A stretch of DNA of 64,000 nt. Source: an uncultured Acidobacteriota bacterium. Its GTDB lineage: Bacteria > Acidobacteriota > Vicinamibacteria > Vicinamibacterales > UBA2999. Below are positions 56,086 through 64,000 of this stretch, piece by piece. The notes under the pieces are model-generated. The model did no database searches. It was not told the origin of the DNA and saw nothing but the letters and a program-made list of their open reading frames with translations. Within the stretch, counting starts at the first letter, position 1. Each line of letters begins with the position of its first letter. The stretch is from positions 168,752 to 232,751 of the forward strand of contig CAVSKE010000040.1 of NCBI GenBank assembly GCA_963728305.1. The letters are read 5' to 3'. Made by a program: the position numbers and the translations under genes.

Positions 56086-56957
56086 CGTGTTGGGTCGACC
56101 TCCACCGATTGCGACTCGTGAACCGGACTACCAACGTGCCGCTTGCTCCGGACCAATCCATATTTCACGATGCACCACAGCGCCCTGACGCCGTCACGCC
56201 ACCCAATCTTCTTCCCCTCGTCATAGGTGCGCCCGTTGTACGAGATTGGAACCTCGTAGATGCGCACACCGAGCTTGGCGACCTTGGCGGTGATCTCCGG
56301 CTCGAAACCGAAGCGGTCTTCTTCCAGTGTGATCCGATTCAGCACCTCACGACGAAACGCCTTGTAGCACGTCTCCATGTCAGTCAGGTTCAGGTTGGTG
56401 GTCATATTGGAGAATATGGTCAGCAGACGGTTGCCGACGGAGTGCCAGTAATACAGGACGCGATGCGCACCGGCACCACCGAGGAATCGCGATCCAAACA
56501 CCACGTCGGCTCTGCCGTTCAAGATGGGATTCAGGAGCAAGTAGTACTCGAGCGGGTCATACTCCTGGTCCGCGTCCTGAACCATGACCACCGGCGCCTC
56601 GGCGGCCGTGAAGCCCGTACGCAAGGCTGCACCCTTCCCCCGGTTCTTCGCATGTCGCAAAAGCGTAATTCGAGGATCGCGACGACCCACCCGCTGCAGA
56701 ATCGGCCAGGTGTCATCGGTCGATGCGTCGTCGACGATGATGACCTGCTGCACCGGCCGCTGCAGCAGCACTCTCCCGACGAGCTCTTCGACGGTGGCCG
56801 CTTCGTTGAACACCGGAATCACGACGGACAAGCACGTCGGAATGTCGTCGTTCGACGTTCCCGCACCGAGGTTGACGGCGTTATCGAGCCGGGGAATCGG
56901 GTCGACTGGTCGGTGCCCGGGAATCAGCGAGTTCCCTTGTTGTGGAGCGCTAGACAT
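56082..56957 (-). CDS. Family-2 glycosyltransferase of the polyprenyl-phosphate sugar synthase (DPM1/ArnC-like) type
   Basis: Intact 291-aa ORF with GGAGG before the ATG. LSVVIPVFNEAATVEELV...VIIVDDASTDDT...RHAKNRGKGAALRTGF...VMVQDADQEYDP...DVVFGSRF...DMETCYKAF. Confidence 0.85.
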   Translation of the reverse strand: MSSAPQQGNSLIPGHRPVDPIPRLDNAVNLGAGTSNDDIPTCLSVVIPVFNEAATVEELVGRVLLQRPVQQVIIVDDASTDDTWPILQRVGRRDPRITLLRHAKNRGKGAALRTGFTAAEAPVVMVQDADQEYDPLEYYLLLNPILNGRADVVFGSRFLGGAGAHRVLYYWHSVGNRLLTIFSNMTTNLNLTDMETCYKAFRREVLNRITLEEDRFGFEPEITAKVAKLGVRIYEVPISYNGRTYDEGKKIGWRDGVRALWCIVKYGLVRSKRHVGSPVHESQSVEVDPTR

Positions 56958-57023
56958 GATATGCCTCCGGAACAGAACGTCTCAGGGGACGGAAACCACT
57001 CCATCGCCGCTCGTCGATCAACC

Positions 57024-58892
57024 TCATCGGGGTTCTGTGCGCAACAGGACGAGCACCGCAGCCTCGGCGGGTACGGACTCCGTCCCGTCAAACCCTATCT
57101 CGAGACCGACGCCGACTTGCTTCTGTATTGCCGACCAGGCGAGCGGTTCGAACATGCGTAGCTCGAAGTCTACGTAGACGGCCTTCACGTTCTCGCGACT
57201 CATCCATTCCCACACTTCTTCGGGCGACTGCCATCCGCGGGCGTTGAGGATCGGCACGTGCATCATGTTCGCGGTCCATACCGCACCCGGCGAATACGCT
57301 GCGACAGTGGTGCCCGGCGGAAGTCGGCTCCGCAGGTAGATCGTCGCGCGTTCCGCAGGAGTGAGTTCCGAGCACTCGCGCTTCCGTGTGGACGATCCCG
57401 AAGCGCACGACGAGCGCAAGCGCGAGCAACACCAGGGCGGGTACGGCGACCGTTGTGCGGCGCGCACCGGAGTAATCGCTCACGATCCAGGTGAGCCACA
57501 GACCAAGGAGCAGAACGATGGGGGCTGCGAGCAGATCGTTCGGCTTGCCGTAGGCTGCCGCACCAGCGAGGAACAGCGCCACGAGACCGATCGACCACAT
57601 CCGTCGCTCCATCCGGCCGTCCAGATTGCCCAGGATTCCAGTGACGCCGAGAGCCGCCAACGAAAACACGGAGAGAAAAGGCATCAGCAGATGTGCGGCC
57701 TGAAAGCACAGCAGAACATAAAGGATGCTGTACGCGGGCCAGAGCGCGAGGATCGCCAACTGCATCAAGGACCGCGTTCGAATGAGCTCGAACGCGCCAC
57801 GCGCCGCCAGCACGAAACACAAGAACGCGAAATGCCAGCCGTACATCCCAACCGCGTACTTGAAGGCGCTCTTGGTGAGGCGGGGGATCCGCGCGGCGTA
57901 TGCTGATGGGTTGCGCTGGATCGCCCGCAAAACCGAATGTCGGTTTTCCTCCGCGGTCCCGAAAGAGGCGCGGCGCGTCGTGTTGACCTTCCACGTACGG
58001 TTGCAGCGTGCCGTACGACTCGGCAAACGCCATCCCATGCCCCTGTTCGAAGGTGATGTACGAGCGCTGCGCCACTCCCGTCGAGTAGTCTCCTGTGCGC
58101 AGCCCTTGCGCAGCGACGAAGCCAACGACGAGAACCATGTACGGGACAGCGATAGCGCCGAGGCCCGCCGTCAGCGTTCTCTTCAGAGTCCACGAGCGCA
58201 GACACATCAGGAGCGAAAGACCGAGAAACGTAACGAACAGCACCGGACCCTCGTTCCTCGAGAGCGCGGCCAAGCCGACAAACGTGGAGCACAGCCACAG
58301 ATGGCGGATCTGGCGTGTCTCGTGGAAGGCGAGGATCTGCCAGAGCGCAAAGCCCGTCATCGCTGCAAACAGCGCGTTGCTGCCGTTGTTGAGCAACCCG
58401 GAGAGTGCCGGCGACATGGCGACCAGGACGACCATGATCCACGGGCTCGTCAATCCCTTCAGACGGTGGGCAACGAGGAAGCTGGCCAACCAGAGTAGAC
58501 CGAACAACAGGAAGCGGCCGATCGAGCTGCTGTGAACCAGCCAGTACGGCGAGGACTGAACGGGCAGGTAGGTCAGGCGCGTAGAAAAGAGCAACGGCAG
58601 GATTGTGCGACAGCCGTGGCCACGTGCCCGCCGTAACCAGTTCCCGTCCTTCATTGATGTAGACGGACTCGTCCCAGCCGCCTATCTGCTGCAGCGACGG
58701 GAAGAACACCGGCGCCACCATGGCAGCGTTCACCAGGAACACGATCAGGGCCATCACCAGCGGCCAGCGCTCGGATCGCACGGCCGGTATCGCGTCGACC
58801 CGAACGCCCACGGGCACGCTCGTCATGAAGCCTACGTCGCGATTCACCGTATTTCCTGTAGGGACCGGCTCGAGAGACTCTGAGCGACTCAA
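57024..58892 (-). pseudogene. Large polytopic membrane protein, GT-C-like (ArnT/PMT-type glycosyltransferase); about three frame disruptions
   Basis: Fragments are 57765-58892 (WPLVMALIVFLVNAAMVAPVFF...DESVYINEGREL), 57263-58654 (many TM helices), 57088-58125 and 57024-57467 (soluble C-terminal part). The alternative start ATG 58826 gives MTSVPVG. It sits directly upstream of the DPM1-like GT2 in the direction of transcription. Confidence 0.55.
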
Positions 58893-58976
58893 GCGACACT
58901 AATCGTGATCAAGCACAGGCGGCGAGATGTTCGCCGGTTGTGTCCGGCTGGAAGCGAGCACGATATCCGCCGGCAA

Positions 58977-59990
58977 TTAGACGGCGGCTCCGACCTTCGG
59001 AGACGACGCGCGATTGGAGACGATCTGATCGTAGATCCAGCGATACGTCTTTTCGAGCCCGTCGCGAAGGAGATTTGCGGAGCCCATCCCAGACGCTCGG
59101 TGATGAGCGTGTTGTCGCTGTTTCTGCCGTTGACGCCCTTGGGGGCCGACAGGTTGTAGGTCCGTTCAGCCTGATACCGGCGATCTCTTCGACGATGTCG
59201 ACGAGCTGGTTGATCGTGACCGACTCGTCGCTGCCGATGTTCAGCGGCTCCTCGACGTCGCTCTCCATCAGCAACTGCGTACCCTTCAGGCAATCGTCGA
59301 TGTACATGAAACTGCGCGTCTGCTCGCCCGAGCCCCAGATCTCGATCGTCTTGTGACCGGAGAGCTTGGCTTCGACGACCTTGCGGCAGATGGCGGCCGG
59401 AGCCTTCTCGCGGCCGCCGGTCCACGTCCCTTGGGGCCATACACGTTGTGATAGCGGGCGACTCGCGTCACGAGGCCGAAGTCCTCGCGGAAGTGCCGGC
59501 ACATCCGCTCGCTGAACAGCTTCTCCCACCCGTACCCGTCTTCCGGCATCGCTGGATACGCGTCGCTCTCCTTGAGCGGGGCGGGATGTTCGGAGACCTG
59601 CTTGTCGGCGGCGTATACACACGCCGACGACGAGAAGAAGTATCGACGAACTTCGTTGGCGTGCGCCGCCATCAGCAGATGCGTGTTGATCAGCACCGAC
59701 AGCATGCACAGCGCGCGGTTGTTCTCGATGAAGCCCATCCCGCCCATGTCGGCCGCGAGGTTGTACACGAGGTTCGCGCCACGCAGCGCCGCGTCACACG
59801 CGTCGCGCGACTGCAGGTTCAACCGCAGGTTCTCGACTTCCGGGAACTGCTGGTACCACTCGTGGTCCGGCTTGCTGTCGACCGCCCGGATCCGCCGATG
59901 GCCCTGGCGAAGGAGTTCCGCAACCAGGTGGCCGCCGATGAAGCCGCCGGCGCCACAGACTACGACCAGTTCGTTAGTATCTGTCTTCAT
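58977..59990 (-). pseudogene. NAD-dependent epimerase closely resembling GDP-mannose 3,5-epimerase (three frame disruptions)
   Basis: ATG 59990 overlaps the upstream stop (ATGA). MKTDTNELVVVCGAGGFIGGHL...YFFSSSACVY...GYGWEKLFSERMCRHFREDFGLVTRVARYHNVYGP / GTWTGGREKAPAAICRKVVEAKLSGHKTIEIWGSGEQTRSFMYIDDCLKG...EPLNIGSDESVTINQLVDIV / YNLSAPKGVNGRNSDNTLITERLGWAPQIS / LRDGLEKTYRWIYDQI (stop 58977-58979). Confidence 0.78.
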
Positions 59991-61115
59991 ACCTTCTCCA
60001 GGGACGGTGACGCGAGAGAGTCGGAAACGGACAACGAGGACCGCGAGTCGGACAGCGGGATCAGACTTGGACCGAAGTCGATCTCGTCGAGACAGCGTCG
60101 CACCCAGTCGGCAGGCGTCCGCCGAAGCAGCCGCGACAGCGTGTACTCGCGGGCTGCGGACGAGCCGGTGCACAGCTGGCCGGCGAGGCGGGCCGCGCGG
60201 CGGGGAAACGAAAGGTGCCGCCGCCGCGACGTCTCAAGCGTGAACGCGCGCAGGTCCTGTGCCTCCGCCATCCAGCGCGCCGCAAGCCGCCGGCGTACGG
60301 GCGGAGTCAGCAGCTCGCGGCAGGATTCGACGGCGTCCTCGATCATCGCGTCCACGATGCGGCTGTGCTCCGGCGATTCCTGCCATACGCCGGCTGTCGC
60401 CTGACTCGAGTGAATGCGCCAGCCTCCCCAGGTATCCGGCACGTGAACGGTGTTCGCCGTCAGCCCCGCCCGCATGTCCCAGTTGAAGTCGCCGACCGAC
60501 CGCCACGTCGACTGAAAGAACCCGATGCGGTCGAACAAAGAGCGCCGGATCAAGAGCTGCGTGATCGAAGTGTAGACGGTGCCGCCGAGCAGGTGCAGCA
60601 AGCCGTCGTGCGGCGCCAGCCGGATGTGCGGACGCGAGAGCAGGGCGCCGCTGCTCTGTGCGAACAGCGACCCGGCGGCCCACCACTGCGCCAGCGAGTC
60701 GTGCTCGCGGCCGTTCTCGTCGATCACCTGCAAGCGGCAGTGCGCGAGGTCGCAGTGCGGATGCGCATCGAGCGCGGCGACCAACGCCTCCAGACAGTCC
60801 GGCGCCATCGTGTCGTCGCTCGTGGCGATGTACACGTACTCGCCGCGCGCGGCGCGAAGGCATGGCGTCCAACTCCCCGGCGTGCCCTCTTTGGGTCCTT
60901 GCCACGCTCGGGCGCGCGGCTCACGCGCCGCCATCTCGACGATGTATTCCCACGCGCCATCAGTCGAATAGCTGTCGTAGACGAGCAGCTCCCAGTCCTC
61001 GAAACGACTGCTCGAAAATCGTCTGGAATCGCTCCGGAAGAAACGCGCGCGTGTTCAGATTGGGGACGCAGATCGACACTCGCGGCGTCGATGCCGTCCG
61101 ACCGTTGCTCGTCAT
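59987..61115 (-). CDS. Family-2 glycosyltransferase (one frame change near 61003)
   Basis: ATG 61115 overlaps the upstream stop. MTSNGRTASTPRVSICVPNLNTRAFLPERFQTIFEQSF / EDWELLVYDSYSTDGAWEYIVEMAAREPR...GEYVYIATSDDTMAPDCLE (DxD region). The remainder is ORF 59987-60934. Confidence 0.78.
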
Positions 61116-61941
61116 CGCAGCAGGTATGGCTCCCAGAAGGCGCGGTCGTAACGAGGCCACGCGTGACACCCGAACGGCAACCGGCGGCCGTTCCGCTCGA
61201 AGCACAGTCTCGGGGCGACCTCGAAGGCGAAGCTCAGGCCGGTCTCCACGGAGGCAATCTTGAAATCGGGCCAGTACTTCACGGCTTCGTCAGACCAGAA
61301 GTAATCACAGTTTCCGGTGCCATCCTTCCGCAGCGGCCAGGTTCGCATCTCCCATCTGACGTTGTTGAAGAGATGAAGCCGCTTGAGATACTTCCGCGGG
61401 AGGTGCAGCCACTGACGATGCGGTGGATTGACGGCGCAGAACTGCCGCCAGTACTCGTCCGGATCGATCCCCCGGCGCTTGGAGCGAATCACGTTGAGAA
61501 AGCTCTCGACTCTCATCAACGCGAATCCGCTGTTCCCGACGCGCGGTCGGCGTCACCCACGGGCTGTCGGCGCACGTCAGCCACGGAGCGCCGATGTAAT
61601 CGAGATCCTTCGAGCACCACTCCATCAGCTGATCCGACAGGACCAGCGCATCGAGGTGATACATCAGGATGTACGTGTAGCTGCGAAACCGTGTGTAGAA
61701 CTCCGTTCGAGAGCTGCAGGCGAGCGTGAGCCGTCGCGCTCCCGAAGTAGCGCCGCGCAAATGGAACCACCTCGAACCCGGCACGAACAAACCGCGTGCC
61801 GTGCGGAGCAATGAAGTACTTGTCGTACCTGCCGAGAAAGTGCTCGAGGTGGCGCAGCGACGTCTCTTCCTCGACGGTGAACCGCCCCTCGGACGACAGC
61901 GGCACAACGACGGCGACACTCCCGCTCCTCATTCCGGCCAA
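61112..61941 (-). pseudogene. DUF5672-like protein (putative glycosyltransferase-related), two frame disruptions
   Basis: SVAVVVPLSSEG...LRHLEHFLGRYDKYFIAP / YTYILMYHLDALVLSDQLMEWCSKDLDYIGAPW / ...FALMRVESFLNVIR...GLSFAFEVAP...FGCHAWPRYDRAFWEPYL. Family assignment is from memory of the YDYIGAPW-type motif. Confidence 0.5.
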
Positions 61942-61942
61942 C

Positions 61943-62933
61943 TCACGAGCGCGAGGTGACGCCGGACCTCATCGCGGCCGCCAGCTGACGATAGCCGCGC
62001 TTGACAAACGCCGGCGCGATCCGTGACGCGGCGATCCGCAGCCTGGATGGGGGCGGCGGTTCCAGTCGCGGAAGGATGATCTCGCGCAGGAAATCCCGAT
62101 CCCAATCCCGGCTCTGGATCACATTCGGCGGATGCTCCAGCGGAAAGGTCATCGCCTGCGCCGGCACGTTTCCGATCGGATCGTCCGCAACGAGCGTGTG
62201 CGTCCCATCGGGGCCACAGCCGATATTCGAGACGAGGTTGACCCTCGGAGCGACAGACAGACCGCGGCTCGCCCAGCACGGCAAACGTCCACTGGTGGTC
62301 CCAGTAACTGACGTTCCCGTCACGTTCATAGGCAGTCTCGAATTCCCGGGACCAGTAGCGCACCGCTCTTCTCGTCCTCGACGAGGTCCTTCAGCCAGGA
62401 GGTGCTCCGCAATTGTGGCCAGAGCTTCAGCGACGCGTCGAAATGACGCCACGCGCGCCGCCACGTGGCCCAGCCCCACCCCGCGGGAACTGGGAGAACA
62501 CGTAGCTGTAGGCGGTCGGAATCGGCCGCCGCTGATACGTGCTCCCGCCGATATGCATGACCCGCTCGTCATCGCGGTACCTCTCCAACATCTCCTCGCA
62601 GAACCGGAAGAACGTCGGATGCGGCACGCAGTCATCTTCGAGGATGATCGCCTCATCGACGCGCTCGAGCGCCCAGCTGATACCGGTCGCCGGGCGGCGG
62701 CCGCAACCGAGGTTCACGTCGGAGTAGTTCCGCACAACCTCACAGTCCCAGTCGACGCGCTCGATCACCGCACGCGCCGCCGCACACGCCTCGACATCGT
62801 CCGGACGATCGGGCCTCGGTCCGTCTGCAACGACGAGTAGAGTGCGCGGCCGCACGGCAGCAATCGCCTTCAGCACGCGCGCGGTGAGGTCGGGACGGCG
62901 GAAGATGATGAGGACGACCGGTGTATTGATCAT
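61943..62933 (-). pseudogene. GT-A-fold glycosyltransferase (GT2/GNT-I-like), at least three frame disruptions
   Basis: ATG 62933 overlaps the upstream stop (ATGA). MINTPVVLIIFRRPDLTARVLKAIAAVRPRTLLVVADGPR...ILEDDCVPHPTFFRFC / WGWATWRRAW / SYWDHQWTFAV / SVAPRVNLVSNIGCGPDGTHT... Confidence 0.6.
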
Positions 62934-63937
62934 GTGAGTCCCAGCGTTCGCGCGAGCCTGAACGTCCAATAGCTCTGGCCGCGGCCTTCGACGACGACGC
63001 GTCCGCACACAAGACCCAGCAGGTTGGCGAAGTCGATCGACAGGAAGCGCACGCGCCCCTGCAGCGTTCGGCGGATGAGGAACGCGGCGAGGCTGGCCGC
63101 GTCCCGCCATGCCGCCGACGGCGCCGAGCGCCCGTGCGGTTGCGGGGGGAATGACTGAACGAGCGCCGGATGATAGCTCATGCCGCAGCCGAAAGCGAGC
63201 CGCTTCATGTAGGTGACCGAAGCGCGGCTTCCCGGAATCAGATGCGTGACGCGCAGGTCTGGATGCACGCCCGCCGCGGTCCCCATGTTGATGGCCTGCC
63301 AGACGATCTGAATGTCGCCCGCGCTGGCGAAGCTGCGGCCGGTGCGGTCGGTCGCGTTCAGTATGCCGGCTTCAACCGCGGCGCAGTAGCGCTCGGCGAC
63401 GTCCCGGCGGATGACCTGTCCCATCCCAATCGGATAGTAGGACTGCCACGTGCCAGGGACATAGCCGTAGTGCGGACTGCGGCACGTGCGTTGGCTGTGC
63501 GCCTGCCGCACGCGCTCGCGGAGTCGGTCCGGCACGGCGTCGAGCAGTTCCACGTCGATGTTCCCCGCGCCCCAGACACCGACCCACGGCATCTCCTGCA
63601 AGCACGTCACGACGGTGCACAAGTACTCACTCGACGGCACGTTGTCGTCGTCGAAGACGACGACCGCCCTGCCCGACGTCGCACGGATGCCGGCGATGCG
63701 GGCGAAGGTGAGCCCCGGCTTCTCCTCGCGAACGACGCGCGCATATCGGTGTTCGGACAGGAAGCTCCGCACACACTGCATCCCTGCGACGGGCGGCTCC
63801 GAACGGTTGTCGACAATCACGCACTCGATCTCGACGCCGGCGGGTACGTCGAGAGCGGCGACAGCGTCGAGAACCCTGCCGAAGATACGCTCTTGCGGGT
63901 TATAGGTCGGGATGACGATGGAGAGACCGTCGGCCAT
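62930..63937 (-). CDS. Family-2 glycosyltransferase
   Basis: Intact 335-aa ORF. LSIVIPTYNPQERIFGRVLDAVAAL...ECVIVDNRS...ARIAGIRATSGRAVVVFDDDNVPSSEYL. Confidence 0.82.
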   Translation of the reverse strand: MADGLSIVIPTYNPQERIFGRVLDAVAALDVPAGVEIECVIVDNRSEPPVAGMQCVRSFLSEHRYARVVREEKPGLTFARIAGIRATSGRAVVVFDDDNVPSSEYLCTVVTCLQEMPWVGVWGAGNIDVELLDAVPDRLRERVRQAHSQRTCRSPHYGYVPGTWQSYYPIGMGQVIRRDVAERYCAAVEAGILNATDRTGRSFASAGDIQIVWQAINMGTAAGVHPDLRVTHLIPGSRASVTYMKRLAFGCGMSYHPALVQSFPPQPHGRSAPSAAWRDAASLAAFLIRRTLQGRVRFLSIDFANLLGLVCGRVVVEGRGQSYWTFRLARTLGLT

Positions 63938-63960
63938 GAGTGTCTATGCGTGAAGAACCG

Positions 63961-64000
63961 TCAGACCCGCGCCAGCCGCTTTACCCTGGCCGCCACGGCG
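63961..64000 (-). CDS. 3' end of a further minus-strand gene running off the right edge (product unknown)
   Basis: The minus-strand frame ...RRGGQGKAAGAGL* has its stop at 63961-63963, 23 nt upstream of the next gene's ATG (63937). It is too short to identify. Confidence 0.3.
   Translation of the reverse strand, partial: AVAARVKRLARV

Overview
GC-rich 64-kb window. I found no rRNA, tRNA, CRISPR array, transposase or integrase. The protein families present (CarboxypepD_reg-type TonB-dependent receptors, a propeller/Y_Y_Y histidine kinase, PEP-CTERM-locus-type EPS genes) suggest an Acidobacteriota-like soil bacterium; this is inference only. Left part (1-18.8 kb): two paralogous TonB-dependent receptors, a propeller/Y_Y_Y sensor kinase with a NarL/LuxR response regulator, a furA-katG pair, a three-domain NTF2/SnoaL-like protein and two secreted hydrolases. 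Five copies of one 17-bp element (CTACCYC-N5-AGGKA) sit upstream of genes in this part, each oriented toward the downstream gene, and look like the operator of the local two-component system. Right part (18.9-64 kb, continuing past the right edge): a very large exopolysaccharide (EPS) locus. It contains a carbamoyltransferase, a kinase-like P-loop protein with an ExeA-like ATPase, rfbC, a secreted FG-GAP-like repeat protein and three tandem PL1-type lyase genes on the plus strand. These are followed by a ~32-kb minus-strand gene train with many ATGA/GTGA start-stop overlaps. The train encodes about 10 glycosyltransferases, 4 SAM methyltransferases (a fifth lies on the plus strand), a FemAB-like protein, an initiating sugar transferase, spermidine-synthase-like membrane proteins, AsnB-like, Wzy-like, DegT-like, Wzc, Wza, an outer-membrane barrel, a membrane PQQ-dehydrogenase/cytochrome c fusion, a GT2 + GT-C pair and a GDP-mannose-3,5-epimerase-like gene. 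Main caveat: roughly half of the genes can only be read as full-length proteins by changing frame one to about ten times, and these disruptions are patchy along the window. I type genes needing one frame change as CDS (noted in the evidence) and genes needing two or more as pseudogene. Assembly indels are an equally good explanation. All calls come from reading the translations; no searches were run.
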